From the NCBI GenBank assembly GCA_907165135.1, contig OU015567.1, positions 1,798,001 to 1,862,000 on the forward strand: 64,000 nt of DNA, written 5' to 3'. Below the pieces are notes generated by a model. It made no database searches, had not been told where the DNA came from, and worked only from the letters and a program-made list of their open reading frames with translations. The position numbers were made by a program, and so were the translations under genes. The stretch is from Oikopleura dioica. Its lineage: Eukaryota > Animalia > Chordata. Shown piece after piece: positions 11,256 to 25,082 of the stretch (its first letter is position 1; each line of letters starts with the position of its first letter).

Positions 11256-14200
11256 ATCAATTTTGGTCCTTTTTTGAGTCAAAAATTTTGACAGAAAAAC
11301 TTAGAATTCGAGCCATTCATTAAAAAAAAAAGTTATAAAATGCGGAGAATTTTCTTTATCCGGGTTCCAGGAGGATATGCGGCTGAAGTTCTCAATTAAA
11401 AAACTCAAGTCCCTCTTTGAAACTCGTTTCTTATACTTCCCTCATTGATTTTTCCCACAGCGGTTTCATGACGATCAGTTCGTCCTGGAATGATTCAGAG
11501 TGTCTATAACTTGGTTGGCTACAAATTGAATAGCAGATGTCACAGATGTAGTTTTCTCCTAGGTTGGGAAAACTCACGTGAAGAGAAGCTCATATCCGGG
11601 CGGTTTGCGAGGGGAAAGTTTCATTAGCAAGGCTGTTACTTCTTTTCCAAAAGAGTCCCAAAGAAGGACGAGCGATCGATCGAGAGCGAGGATGAGCGCG
11701 CGGCTGATCCGATCGCGTCGAGCACGCGCCCAAAGTTCCACGAGCGCGACACCTTTGATCAGCTTCGCTAATCCCACTTACAGTCATCTAACTCTTCGTC
11801 GACCATGTTGCCCAATCGGTCTAGATCCGAGCCAAAACTTCTAATGACCGATTCCAATATACAGATTTCGAACAGAAGATGGTCATCTATTATCAACAGT
11901 CTTTTTTTAATTACTGTATTGCTTCTTATTTTTATTTTAAATTATAATCGACATTTTGACTTAAGTTTTTAAGAACCGTTTTGTATTCATGATTGAGTTT
12001 GTTTGTTGAAAGTTCATTTGGCTTGCCCTGGGGGAAGAGTGTGTGTGCCTAAATGGTAATATGCATATTTGTGATTAAAGGACGGGCCAGGCGGCGTACT
12101 GTAACGAGCAAGAAAGGAAGGGAACGAAATTGGTGAGTACATGAACAGGCGCTAATTGGGGCTGGGACTAATTGTGCCCGGCGGCATGTGCGTGTGTAGG
12201 TATGGTAGAAGTTGTATGTTGCCTCGCGGCGGCCAAGTGCCCAAAAATAGAACTTGCCATTCCTTTTCCGATCGATCTGCCAATCTGGAACCTGTGCTCG
12301 ATCAGGCTAGAGCTTCAGCCTTAGAGAGAGAGAGAGAGAATAAAACTTGCTTTGGTGCGCGAAAGAACCTGAATTTTTCATGACGTTAATGAAAGGGATC
12401 AAAGCGGATCAAGCGAAAGACGATGATGGATTAGGTACAGTTGTAAAAAGTTTCATGAAAAGACCGCCTGGGATCGGTCCTAAAGTCTTTTTTCGGAACA
12501 TGCAAATTTCATCAAAAACATTGAAAAAGCCTTACTCACCCGAAAATCAACGAGTTTGATTCTGCATGTCATCGATAAATGAATCGCAAGCGCGATTCGA
12601 GGGCCGGCGCGTAACAAGGATGAGAACGCAAGGACCAGGGCTAATCGGCGATAGCTCGCCATTCTCAGCGGCTTATCAACAACCCCCGGATATCAAACAA
12701 GATGATTGTTCCCGAATCGGCGGGAAACGACCTCTGTAACTTTATCAGAAAGAATCGATCTAGTGACACCTAGTGATTCAGCCAAAAATCATTTCTGGCA
12801 AATCAGTTTCAATTTTTCGAAGTGCCATTTTCAAGTTTGATTATTTTTTTCGAAAAAAGATGGTCGATTCAAGAGACTTCTTTCAAATTCAAAGAGGTAA
12901 TTTTTTCTCAGAAAAATTTGTTTTCAAGACCTCGAGTCCCAAAACAGGAAGCCGAGAGTACCATTGATGTTGACTCAATATCGGCTCTTGGCGGGCCTAA
13001 TTGAGGAAATCAGAGTGTGATACTGTTAGTTCAGTAGCAGGAAATGGCCGGGACCTGATTTCTTTAGGAATGAAAAAAGTGCTTCCGAAGAATAATAGAA
13101 AATTATATCAACAATCAAACGGGCTTCACAAACAGGAGCAGATTTTTGTTGTTGCGATTTTGCGATCGAAGAGTTCCAAAGATTCGATCAGGCACCTATC
13201 GATTGCTTCATATTGGAAAAGCCATAATAAGGGGAGTCCTGGTCCTCAAATAAAACTGTCGCTTCTGGCGTGTGGGAACCCCTTGGGGTCACGTGTGTGC
13301 CCAAATGATCGCCCCCAGTAATTTTAATTGCCTGCTGTTTTTTCCCTTCTTTTTTCGAAGGTCCCAACTGTGAACAATTAATTTACCCCTTCCATCAAAA
13401 AGAAAGAGCGGTATTTTTAATCAGGGAGTTGAATTCGCCTCAGGGCGAGTTCCAAACTGTATTTCTGTGTGCCCAAATTTACAACTGCAAAGTTCAGCGC
13501 TCTCGAAGGACTGCGCGGGACCGTTTCATTCTTGTTGACCATAGGAATGGAAAAATTATGGCTTTTAGTGATTCGATATTTATCAAAGAAAAAAAGCTTG
13601 CCTAGGAGCGCGAGTAGGGACCGGGGAAACAAGTGTCCTCATCAGTAGGGGAAATCAGTAATTTCTCGTTCTTTTTTAACGAGAAACAAGAAACGTTCTT
13701 CTATCTTCTTTAACAGAGAACTGAACAATGAATGGTAAGAAAAAATCGATAAGTTTCATGATTTTCGCATCAGGAAAAAGCTTGGCACTTTTTCCATCAA
13801 TGGAAGTGAAACTCCCCCAAAAAGTTAACGATTTTTCCGATTCTCAAAAAGGATTTCATCCGAGTATGACATTGGCTTCAAAAACGAGAAAACTTCTGAG
13901 ATGACCTTTTTATTCATGAAACTATAAATCATAGTTAATTTATTGAAATACTATTTTTTCAAAGAAAAAAAAGTACAACAATTGTTTTTCGGTTTGAATG
14001 TGTTAACAAATTGTTTAAATAAAAGCCTTTGATATTATTATTATTAACTTCGGCTTTTGGGTTTTAAAGTCTTTAGTTGAGTCGACCACTTAGTCGAAAA
14101 GTGGAGCTGGCCTCGAAGAGTAGCGCACTCCAGGAGTTCTTAGTTGATTTTTCCTCTCCCCTCGCGAGCGCCCTCGTTCCATCGACAAGGACGAGAGTCG

Positions 14201-14466
14201 CTTCTTCTTCTTCTGGCAACCGACGAGGCGACTTCCTTGATCCCCCGTCGAGAGTTAATAAGGTGGCGGTACACAACTTAAATCGCTCTCATTTTCGAAC
14301 CGCCACTGGTAGATCACGCATAATTTACTCTCAATTTTTTTCGAAAAAGAAGAAGCGAGAAAATTTCAAGCAAACCTAAAAGAGATTATTTCCAGCTCTA
14401 GAATCAAAACGACCGAATTCAAAGAAAAAAATCGGTAAACTAAATCGAAGAAATATTCAGAATTGA

Positions 14467-14510
14467 CGATGAGTCATCGGCGATGACCGGAAAAGCCGCG
14501 TGCGGCTTTT
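14467..14510. repeat. Degenerate member of the hairpin family (TGAGTCA palindrome plus hairpin)
   Basis: cgatgagtcatcg (14467-14479) followed by aaaagccgc-gt-gcggctttt (14491-14510). Confidence 0.6.
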
Positions 14511-17500
14511 TTATTCAAAAAGAAAGCAGAAAATATCTTCAAAAAAATACTTTTTGAAGTAAATGACCCCTTGTTTATCATTTCTCAACACTAATATCCT
14601 GACGAATTTTTTCTAGAATCTCCCCCCTTGGAATCTCCGCCAGAAAGTCTCCAGAACCTCGACATCGCGAAAATTCCCAACTACGAAAATCTCCTCCAAG
14701 AACTGGCGAAGTTGCATGAAAAGTGCGCCGCCAGTGCTTCGCTAGAAAAGCAGAAACCGGTAAGTCTGTTGCAGAAAGCGGACGGTCCAATTAGCGATCA
14801 GTGACTCGGTACTCAAAATTAAACAGCGCCCCCTGCGGCGCGCCTTTTTTTCACTGACGATGAGAACCTTGAGGACTCGTGGGAGTTTTATTAGGCGTGA
14901 AAGGGTGGGATTTCTAATGATGATGATTTGGGATAATTATGAGTCGTAATTGACGGTTCTCAAATTCTCTGAATTGACGGAACTTCAAAAATGATTGTCT
15001 TTTTCCGCGCTTTTTCAAATTCTTTTTCTAATGTCGTATCTTTGATTTTTGAAATCATGAAAGTTTTATTCAAGAAAAATGTCCGGTAACCGGTTCAAGT
15101 TCTCCTCCCCTGGCAAAACACCGCCCTAACGAGGCGAAAAATCGGGACAAAACAAATCCCCACCGCCAAGTAAATTACTCAAAGCTAAACAAACCCAGAA
15201 CTAGCGTGCTCCGCCACCACCGTCCGTGCGCCACCGAAGATTCCGAATTGTCCGGAACAAATTCACTTTCCTTACTTTTTTCTCGGGCCCACTTGTTTGG
15301 GCAATTTTCCGCAATTAGGGTACCCTTGACGGACCTGTCATGTACTGGAAATCCGATCAATTTAAAATAAACTCGCCAGGGAATTTTTTTTTCGAAGAAT
15401 GGAAACTTCCTTTGGCTAAACTTTCTGTAATTTTTGACCAAAAATCGAGAAAATTTTTAACGAAAAAAATTTTTTCTACTGATTTTTTTATCAAGATATT
15501 TAAAATTTTATAATAAACCTGATTTTCCTTTTTACAAAAAAAATCATCTTCAACCCTTTTTCCTCCGAAATCCAATACCCGATAATCCCCGTTTCCCGAG
15601 ACAAGCACTGAGCATCTGGTACTCCTGTCTTCCTCTGCGTCCAATCATCCCCGTCATCTTCATTGTCCCGGGTCGGCATTACCCCGCGCATTTGCCTTTC
15701 ATCTTTATTCATGCTTGCACGCTCGTTTTCGTTATTATTTTATTTTACTGCACCTCTCTCCTCGCGAGAGGCGCCTGGCACTAGAACGGTGATGTCCTTC
15801 AATAAAACCGGCTCTAATTAGCGAAAAACACAATGGCGGTCATCGAGTAAAACTGGGGGGCGCCATACTCCTCCCGATACCACTTCACGAGTTACTAGAA
15901 AAATTACCTGCATCTCCAATCATTCCCTTTTTTTCGCCCGAAAAGTCAAAAGCGAAAGTGTCAAAAAAGAGGCCTGCAACAACCGCAGATTCCAACTGAG
16001 AGATTGCCTACCTACTGTCACGCGACAGGAGGACAGGAGGATAGAAGGGGTGATACCTATTGAGGCACTGGGTCCAGAATACTTTAAATACAGACATTCT
16101 TTTTGACTTTAAAACTGGAGATTTTAATCAACGAAAATGGCGATGAGGTAAAAATAAAGAGATAAATTTCGATGAAAAAGCCCTAGTTCCTCTCATTTTT
16201 ATGAACAAGTGACTGTTTAAACGCTTTGAATGTACAGTACTTTGGCTCAGAGTCTAAGAGCTTATGTTCCATCTGAGTGCTCTTTTTGAGTTGTTGAAGT
16301 CACGCGCTCCGGGGCTTCGCGGATGATCCTATTTACCGTTGAGAACTTTTTCGATGGCCATTTGTGAGGCTCATCCTCCGAGTCTTGAAGCTTGGGCCCT
16401 CTCTCCCTCTCTAGAGCCGGGTAGAGCCTTAATGCTAAAAGGCACTGAGGGCAGCGAGCGTGGCCCCGAGCGCGGATCATCCCCGAGTTCTCAAGTGACA
16501 AGCGCCTTTGGCCTGATCTTAAGGGCTCGGCCAGCATATGGCCAGTATGAGGAAAAGTGGCGGGAAGGGACTAGGGCTTTAGGATTAATCTCGCCAAAGC
16601 TACTTGAGCTCCAAGAGCTCCAAATAGCAATAATGTAGCGGCGCGAGTTCTTTCATCGAAAAATGATTTTTGAACTTCTTTTCGAACGAATTCGTTTAGG
16701 TTTAATAATTATGCGCCGAGCTCGAATATGATGCTGAATGCTGAGGCGAGTTTGAAGGTAAGAACATCTTTTTTTTTTCTGGTCAGGATGGGGATTTCGG
16801 GTTTGAAAAACTTGAATTTTAAGTGCTTTGATAAAAATGCCTTTTTTAGATTTTCTTTGAAATTTTACTACCACTTTAATTTTCTATTTTTGGGACTCTG
16901 GAAGATCAAAAGCTCACGCCCCGTGATTTCCTGAAATTAAGGATTTAGCCATTATCCTCTCTGGACATATTAAAATTACTTTTGCGGAAAACGAGTTTAC
17001 GCTCGGCGAGGGCAAATAATTGTACTTGCCTTTCTAAAAGTCCGATCTTAAATAATACACCAAAGTGTTACCAAATCCGGAAAAGATCAAATCAAGCACA
17101 AGTGCGAGTTTTTGCACATTCTTGTGCAAATTCTTGAAGCTTCGTTTTTACTCTTACTTTTTCATTGCCCGAACAGATCTTTCATATCAAGAACGTCTTA
17201 TTTTCGAGAATGCACAAGAATTCTAGAGGAAATGGGGGAGTCTTTTTCGGGCAGCAGCAAAATAGCGGTACGGCTATTTATCAGAGATATCCATTGGTAA
17301 GTGACACCCTTAATTTCCCTGTAATCGAGACAAACTCGTTTTCACAAAACCAGCAGCGTTCCAAATTTAAAATTTCAAGAGCGCGCTTGTTCCTGCCCCA
17401 GGCGTGCGAATTTTAGGGCTCTTGCGGAAGGGTCCTTGAAAATAACGATGTTGACCGTCTCTAGATCTGACGGGAAATTGCCATCCGTTGAATGATTAAC

Positions 17501-17806
17501 ATCAATGGGAACCGTGTGTCCTGTCGAGCGGTACCCTGTTTGCCAAGCGCCAAATTAAACATTTTATTTTACATTTATATTCGCGCATTTATACCGAGCA
17601 ATTATTTTTTTGCAAAAAAAAAGAGAAATATTTTAAAAATATATTAAGAAAATTACGAATAATTAAAAAATTGAAAGGTAAGCTCGAATTTCGGGAAAAA
17701 ATAATGCGCTTTTCTTTATTTTTTTGGTCCTCTTTGCTTTCTGATCGCTAATTGGAGTCCTTGAAAGCCCTAAAGATAAAACTTTTTTCATCAATTTTTT
17801 TAGGCA

Positions 17807-17970
17807 ATGAGTCTTCTCGACGAATTGAAAGGAATCGTGATCGACCAACAACGAGGAATCCGCGAGCGGGACACGAAGCTCGCCACTCTTCAGCAGCAAT
17901 ACGATGCGCTCAACACTTCCTACTGGACGATCATGCAAAAAGTCCGCAGCTACGATCATCTATTCGGGTA
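17807..17970 (+). CDS. Putative coding exon, coiled-coil, unknown
   Basis: tttttttag acceptor, then ATG: MSLLDELKGIVIDQQRGIRERDTKLATLQQQYDALNTSYWTIMQKVRSYDHLF, ending at a gtaagc donor. Confidence 0.35.
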
Positions 17971-18945
17971 AGCGTCCATCTATCTTCCGAGCTGTCTTTC
18001 AACACTAGGCCCTCCTGTTTTCGTTGTAATTTTGGACGAGGGCCATATGGCGCCTCTCAGAGGCAGGAGCCAGTGGTTTTTCGGCACCAGGGAACATATG
18101 GCGATATTTTTATTGGACATGATTTTCTTGATTTTTCAATAATTTTTTGTCGAACGGTTTTTGAAACACAACTACTAAGACATTCCGGAATCCGACATTT
18201 GGCCGGAGCAGGTGCAAGTAGAGCACTCTCTTTACGAGCCGGGTTTATTGGTGCTCTCGGATCGTAATTGCATGCGCAGGTTCCCTGTTCTCCTTTTCAA
18301 GGAGAATTATTTAGCGACGGTTATTTATGAGCCTCGCTTCCGCAACTGAGCATTTTGATGATGATGAACCCTAGACGGCTTTTTTTTTTGTAAATTGTTG
18401 TTTCAGCAGGCGGCGGTGAGAACTCTTCGCGTGAATGCCTCCTCCACTTTGTGTGTCCTATTTTAGGCCCAAGCTTTCCTATTCCCGTCCAAGTCCAAGT
18501 CATCAAAGGGCCCAGTGAAGCCGATCGGAAATCATTCGAAATCGTGGGAACCGCGATTCTAGTTTGATCCCAGTGATTTCAATTAAGAATCTTGCTGAGT
18601 ATCCAATGACTAATCTACTGGCTGAAATCATAGAAGAGTACACTGATTCAATCTCCCATAAATAGTTAAGCTAAGATACCCCCTTATTTTTTGATCGTTA
18701 TAAGCCTGTTCCTGGCACATAACAATTTAACTACTTTTGGAAAGGGCCCCAGTGACGAGGACAGGTAATTTATGCATCAAGGGAGTAATTGGCATTTTCA
18801 ATTGCAAGCAGACCCTCGTAAAATATCCCCGCCCGGGCGCATTGTTCTATTGCTCGGTAATCACGTGGCACCTCGGAAAAAAGAATAACGACTTGCATAA
18901 TAAATGAGAAGGGGAGGCTTAATTCCCGGACTAGAATTATTGATC

Positions 18946-20067
18946 ATGGATTATTTCAGAATCTTGACGAATAACGCGAAGAATGCCGCTTCTTCCTCGC
19001 TGAATGGAATCACCAATCCTCCTCAAAACGGGACAAGTTCCGTCCCAACTCCGAGCCCAAGCCTTCCTCAGACCGACGAAAGTCAGGTAAGATAAAGAAC
19101 ACTTTGGGAGTACACTCCTCTAACATTCCCTCATAAGGCGGATGTCACAAATGTCAAAGAAAGCAAAGAAGAAGCACAGGAGACGGAAACCAAGCCAGAA
19201 AGCTTGCCTGTTGGGATGGGAACACCAGGACTTAATCCTGCTCTCTTTTCCTTGGCCAATTCCTTCGCTCTCGACAGATTCGCTGGTAAGACTTTCTAGA
19301 AATGTCACCATACATATTTAATCCGCCATCAAAGGTGTCTCGATGATGAATCTTGGCTCATTCAATTCCGATCTCTCTCCCGACAAAGCCTCAAAGCTCA
19401 AGATGAAGTCTCCTTCCAAGTCAACTGTCAAACTCGAGGGCCAAACCAAACCGTACACCTGCAAAGTCTGCGGCAGAAGATTCACTGATCGCTCAAATTG
19501 CATCAAACACCAGTTTATCCACACAGGATTGAAACCGTTTGAGTGCCCACACTGCAACAAGCGATTTCGAAGAAAGGACCACTTGAACTCTCACTGGTAA
19601 GTTTCAAGGTGTTGATTTACTTTTCACTGAAAGATACTATACATAATATATTCCACAAGGCGGTGTATTGGCACCAATAATTAGTAGTTTTTCGACTTCG
19701 ATGGCTCCAAGATACAAAAACCCATATTATCGCTCCAGTTTTTTCTTTATGGTTCCTTCATTTAATTTTCAGCAAATCGCAGCATGGCGAAGAGGCTTTT
19801 CCACCAGGAGTCCCTGCCCCTCGCCTCTCCATCGTCGCCGCCACTTCCCAGTTGCCAAACATCATCGGAAACCTTCACAACTCCTCCTTGCTCTCCAATG
19901 GCTCGCAAAATCTGACAAACGGAAACGGGATAAGCTCGGAACAGTGCTCGATCGAAATCAACGAGGACTCAAACGAGGGTAGTCTTGAAGAGCCATCGCC
20001 AAAGAAGATCAAGATGGAGGAAACCAATTGCTTTGATGAGGAGGAACTTACCATCGATGAACTGTAG
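18946..20067 (+). CDS. C2H2 zinc-finger transcription factor (2 fingers)
   Basis: [48 protein letters not shown]|KSQH across a GT-AG intron; four exons joinable in frame. Confidence 0.85.
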
Positions 20068-20757
20068 GAAAAATCTGAAACAAAAAAGATTTTTAAACAC
20101 GAAATTTCTAGCGGAGAAAACGATGAAAACGTGGCAATTGAACCAGCTGAAGTCGACACTAAACCTGCCTTTTCCAAGGTGACTTTGTCTCTCATTTTTC
20201 ACCAGAAGTAAAACTTTCCTTCAGGAAATTTACGATAAGATCATGAACGAGTAAAAGCCCTTCCTAACTATAAACCTACTGGAAAAACGACGTACTTCAT
20301 CCTGAAAAAAAAACAGAGAAAATCCTGAAAAGAAAATCTCAAATTTATCATCCGTTGCCTTTCTTCCTATATCTGTACATATCGAAAACAAACTAACGTA
20401 GAGTTGAAAATGTTAACCGCCAAATTTATCATTAATTAACAGATTGAGAGCTGTGTACTAAAACTGAAAAAAGCTGAACAACACTTCAATCTTCAGTGTA
20501 CGGGAATAAATTATATTGCTTCAACAAAATTTGTTTTTGACTTTTTTGTCTCTAGAATTGAAATTTTCAAATGGTGTTTTTTGTACGAGAGCGTCAGTTC
20601 CCTCTGGACTTTTGGGGTCCAAGACCCCATTATAAAAGGTAAGTAAAAAAAGGGATTTCAATACAAAAAAAAAAGAAAGAAAAAAGGGTCGAAAAGGGAC
20701 TTTTTTTTCAGAGTTACCAGTTTCTCAAAACTTATTCCGGTAAAAAACAACTGAAAA

Positions 20758-21912
20758 ATGAGCGATGAGGAAATCCTAGAGCCTCGTGGTTACATAGTCA
20801 ACAGAGGATCTATCGGGGAAGGAGCATACTCAAAAGTCCGTCTGGCATTTTCTCGTAAAATTAATTGCGATTGCGCGATAAAATGCATCGACAAGAGAAA
20901 TGCCCCAGACGACTTTGTGAAAAAATTCCTCCCGCGAGAGCTAGAAATCCTTCCAAAATTAAACCACAAGAACATTATCAGAGTCTATGAGATTCTTGCC
21001 GTCTCTGATGGAAGAATATACATTGTCATGGATTATGGGAAAAAGGGAGACCTGCTTAGGTACATCCAGAAAAATAATGCATTAGATGAAAGTGTAGCGC
21101 AAAAAATGTTCATGGAAATTTCATCAGCAGTATCATATTGCCATGAACTGGGCTACTGTCATCGAGATCTTAAATGTGAGAATATACTTTTGGAAGATGA
21201 TCTATCAGTCTTGGGTCGGCAATAAAAACAAAAAAAAAAAGTTTTTTTTAGCGAGAAGACCATAATTTTTATTTTTGCCAAAAAACTTGGCCCGCTTCTT
21301 AGCTAAAATGATCGAAAATATAGAAAAAACTGGTGTAAGACATGAACCCATAGTACAGCCATACACAAGATTAAGGGTATCAGCAACGATTTCTTCAATA
21401 TTGAGCATGATTATACTATGGATTTGAGAATAGCACCGAAAACTTACTTTTAGTCATAAAATTTTCGAAAAAATACTAAAAATATTTTTTATTTGTTGAC
21501 CCGAATTACAGTCAAACTTACTGATTTTGGTTTCGCTCGAAAAATCGAATTCGACGAAAATGGTGAAATAATACTTTCGCGGACTTTTTGTGGCTCAGCC
21601 GCTTATGCAGCGCCAGAAATTATTCAAGGCCATGCTTACGATCCGCGAAAGCACGATTCTTGGTCACTAGGAGTCATACTGTATATAATTGTTTGCGGCA
21701 GTATGCCATATGATGACTCGAACGTGCGAAAAATGCTGAAGGAACAGCTCAAAACTCGCGTTCGCTTTCCATCACGATGTGCTTTAACACTTGATCCCGA
21801 TATAAAAGACATTATCTACAGACTTATCTGTATTGATCCTAAACAAAGAATGAGTGTTTCAATGCTTCATCTCCATAAATGGCTCAAAGACTGTACTTCC
21901 AATCCGGAATAA
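20758..21912 (+). CDS. TSSK: Testis-specific serine/threonine kinase (TSSK1/2-like), two exons
   Basis: IGEGAYSKV, AIKCID, KKFLPRELEIL, HRDLKCENILL, KLTDFGFAR, TFCGSAAYAAPE, MPYDDSNVRKML. Confidence 0.93.
21211..21508. mobile_element. TIR element (MITE-like) forming the TSSK intron; 5-bp direct repeat CAGTC
   Basis: CAGTC at 21206-21210 and 21509-21513; imperfect TIR ttgggtcggcaataaaaa (21211-21228) / tttttatttgttgacccgaa (21486-21505). Confidence 0.72.
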
Positions 21913-22548
21913 TAAAACGAGAAACATTTTTTTGAAAAAAAAACGAAAAAACTGGCAAAAATTGCTTTTCCTAAAGCGATAATTTCCCGAAAACAAGATT
22001 TTCCGTCATTCTGTTTTTCGTTACAAAACAAAAACGACGATTTTACGATATTGTAAAATCGTCGTTTTTGAGGAAAAACTTGTTTCGGGGAAATCCTGTG
22101 TTTATGGAAAAGCAACTTTTGGCAAAGACTTATTCAATTATTTCATTTGATGCAGGATGACTTTCATATTTTCCGGGAATGATAACGTTTTTTTTATATT
22201 TTATTGGCCTCTTTTCGGAGAAAACTGATATAGAGTGCAAACATCATTCAATTAGCTGAAAAGTGCTTTCGAAGACATATTTAGACCAGTGGTTATCCGT
22301 TATAATTACCCTTGGAATCGCTTTAAGTGATTTACAGTCTCTCTACTGCACCCCGATTATTGGTTCAGTATCACCTTCAGGGAGAGTATACGCATTCAAA
22401 AAACAATCAAAAATTCAATTTTCCGAGAAAGTCGAACAGAGTAAAAACCGATAATCGGACCATTCTGATCAAGCGACTTTCTTTTTTTGATTTGGACTTT
22501 TTAATCATCAATTCGCTGAATGCATAATGCATCAAGCGATGCTATGTA

Positions 22549-24637
22549 ATGACTGTCGAGATTGAAATTGAAGACGAACCAGGTTTTTACTCAAACGGGA
22601 TGATAGAGAACATCAGCTTTTTATTCAACACGAAAATCAGTGTTATACGCCGCGTTTTTTGGGGTATTTTGATTTCGGTCGCTACTTTTTACTCTGTAAG
22701 TCAATTTTATATTTTTCTTTTTTATCACCTAGTAGATTTTTACAATCAACAATAATTGCCGACTGTACTTATCTCGGCCGACTTCAATTCGGACGGTAAC
22801 TCATCCGATGAGCAAGATGAACATGACGAACATTTACATCTGCCTGAACTCGCAGCATTCGATGTGGAGAATTAAGGAGTTCTACTCAGAATACCCCCAT
22901 CTTTACCATCTCATCCCAGGTACAATTAGTTAATGGCTCCCCCGATTTTTCTGGCCCTTTCTATTTTCATTTTTTTAAGCTCTTTATGGAAACATGCAAG
23001 ATCAAGTGATTGAAGGCGAGAAAATGGATGTCTCCCGCGTTCTAGCAGAGCTGAGCCACATCAGCCTCTACGAATTTCTCGACAAAACAGCTGCTGAAAT
23101 CATTCCGCTCAGATGTCGATTCAACATGAAAAACTGCCCACTTCCTCAAATGAAGACGACAAGATATGGAAAATGTCTTTTTTATAATCTAGGTAACTAA
23201 ATTTGCGGAACCTAGCAATTGGTCTCAGTATATAGAATTTTGATTTCAGAGTCTTTCGGCGAAATAACAATTGCTGGACCACAATCTGGACTGGTCTTTT
23301 ATGGTGCCTACAATAAAAGTGATCAGGTACCTTTTTTTACCCATTCCGGCTCCTCATTTTCCCGTAGACAACTGGAGCCCTCCAATTTGTTGATGGCCTT
23401 AGCATTTTCTACGGAGACGGGGATGAAGAATTGATGCTGATGAAACAGCGAACCACTGCCCTGCCCGATTTATTAAGTCAAATCTCTCTTTTTCGTCATG
23501 AATACGAGATGAAATCTGAAAGCTGCGCGACCAAAGATCTCTATTTTTATCGAACATATTCTTACGAAAAATGCCAGGTACCACCCCAAATCATTTTCCT
23601 CCATTACATTATACTTCAAAGATGGATTGCAAGTATCATCACATCTTCAAACGATGTGGCTGTCGACCTCCATACATCGAAAACCCAGGCGATTTGTATC
23701 AAGACATCCCGAATTGCACCTTCATTGTTCATGCTCGTTGCGTTACAAAGAAACGGGTTCACAGAATATGCGACGGAAAATTTCTAGAGACAGCAATTAC
23801 CAAACTCTCAAACCATATTCGAACAAAATCATATTCTATGAGTTTATTTTTATATTTTGTAACGGCGACGATTTACGTTTAGACTATGAAGAGGAGTCCT
23901 CTGAACCCGAATCATTATTTTGAACCTCACTTAGATTTTCTTCACTTTCAACTATCAAAACTGCGGCGACTGTCCCAAAGATTGCGAATACAAAAACTAC
24001 GTCCGCAGCGTGGAGTACGCCAAATATCATCAACCCATCCACAAGTTCCTCTTTCTTAAAGACCAGAATTCACTTATTCTTAGAACCTTGGAAGGCTTCA
24101 GAAGCCAAGAAGGCAGTAAAGGTATCGACGTCGCCGCTTTTCAAGTCTTCTTTCCAACATTGACTTCGACTGTTCACAAAGAAGAAGAGGATTACACCGC
24201 GCAGCAGTTTTTCTCCGAGCTTGGTGGTGCTGCTGGACTTGTTCTGGGCATTTCTCTGATTTCTATAATTAGGAAAGGAATCTAATTCAGAAATCATAAA
24301 ACTTACTTTTCTTACTGATTATAGAATGTTTTGGTCGATGAAGAGTTAGACTTAGTCACAGGACCACGATCTCATAGTTTTTTGGCCTATGGAGTCTGCC
24401 TTAAAAATTGACATGGAATAAATATGAAAAAAATTCCCTCTCAGAATGATTGATTACTCCATCTCCCTCACGGTGGAAAGAATAATCAGTGCTCAGAATA
24501 TGATCCTGGAAACGTTCCAAACCGACGGCAAAAAAGTCTCTTCCCAATCAACCCAAGTTGAACCCCTCTACATACCGACTTCTGCAATCAACGAAGACAA
24601 GGGATCAAAGATTTTCTCACTTAATTATTTGATATGA
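22549..24637 (+). CDS. DEG/ENaC (ASIC/ENaC-family) ion channel, divergent
   Basis: TM1 IRRVFWGILISVATFYS|IFTI, YLSRPTSI, RYGKCLFYN, AGPQSGL, Cys-rich KRCGCRPPY...C, pore FFSELGGAAGLVLGISLISIIR|MIDY; many short introns. Confidence 0.85.
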
Positions 24638-25082
24638 AACTCGAAAAAATCTTCTCTCAGGCCGGCGTTTTTCAATGTACCAAAAGTATTTGCAGCATAC
24701 GAACCCGTCTCATTTCAAAAAAGATGAACCAAAGTCATTATTCGGCCTTTTCCGCCAAAAAGAAAAGAAGATCAAGAGCCACTCGAGAGGGAGCCAGGCG
24801 AATATTTTTTATTTTGAAAAAGCATGATGATAAAATAAACGAATATTTATGTTTCTTGAATTGTGTGGCGTCCCTTTCTTTTCATAGAGGAATAATAATA
24901 GTTGTCGTTAAAAAAACAACAACTGTCCGATTCTTTGCGAACAAAATTGTAACCCTCAGTAAAGGCGTTTGATACAAATGAACTATTGATAACACATAAA
25001 TTGGATCGTGAGAACTAAACCGGTCGCCTATCAAATCTGGTTTTTGAAAGATATTTCTCATTCCTTGAGTCAAACCGAGACC

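Noticed and set aside
10399-11806. Faint forkhead-like strings on the minus strand (RKPPGYELLF; WRRDLSRNLTLK)
   Set aside because: Intervening sequence cannot be spliced into a coherent forkhead domain; the similarity is too short to support.
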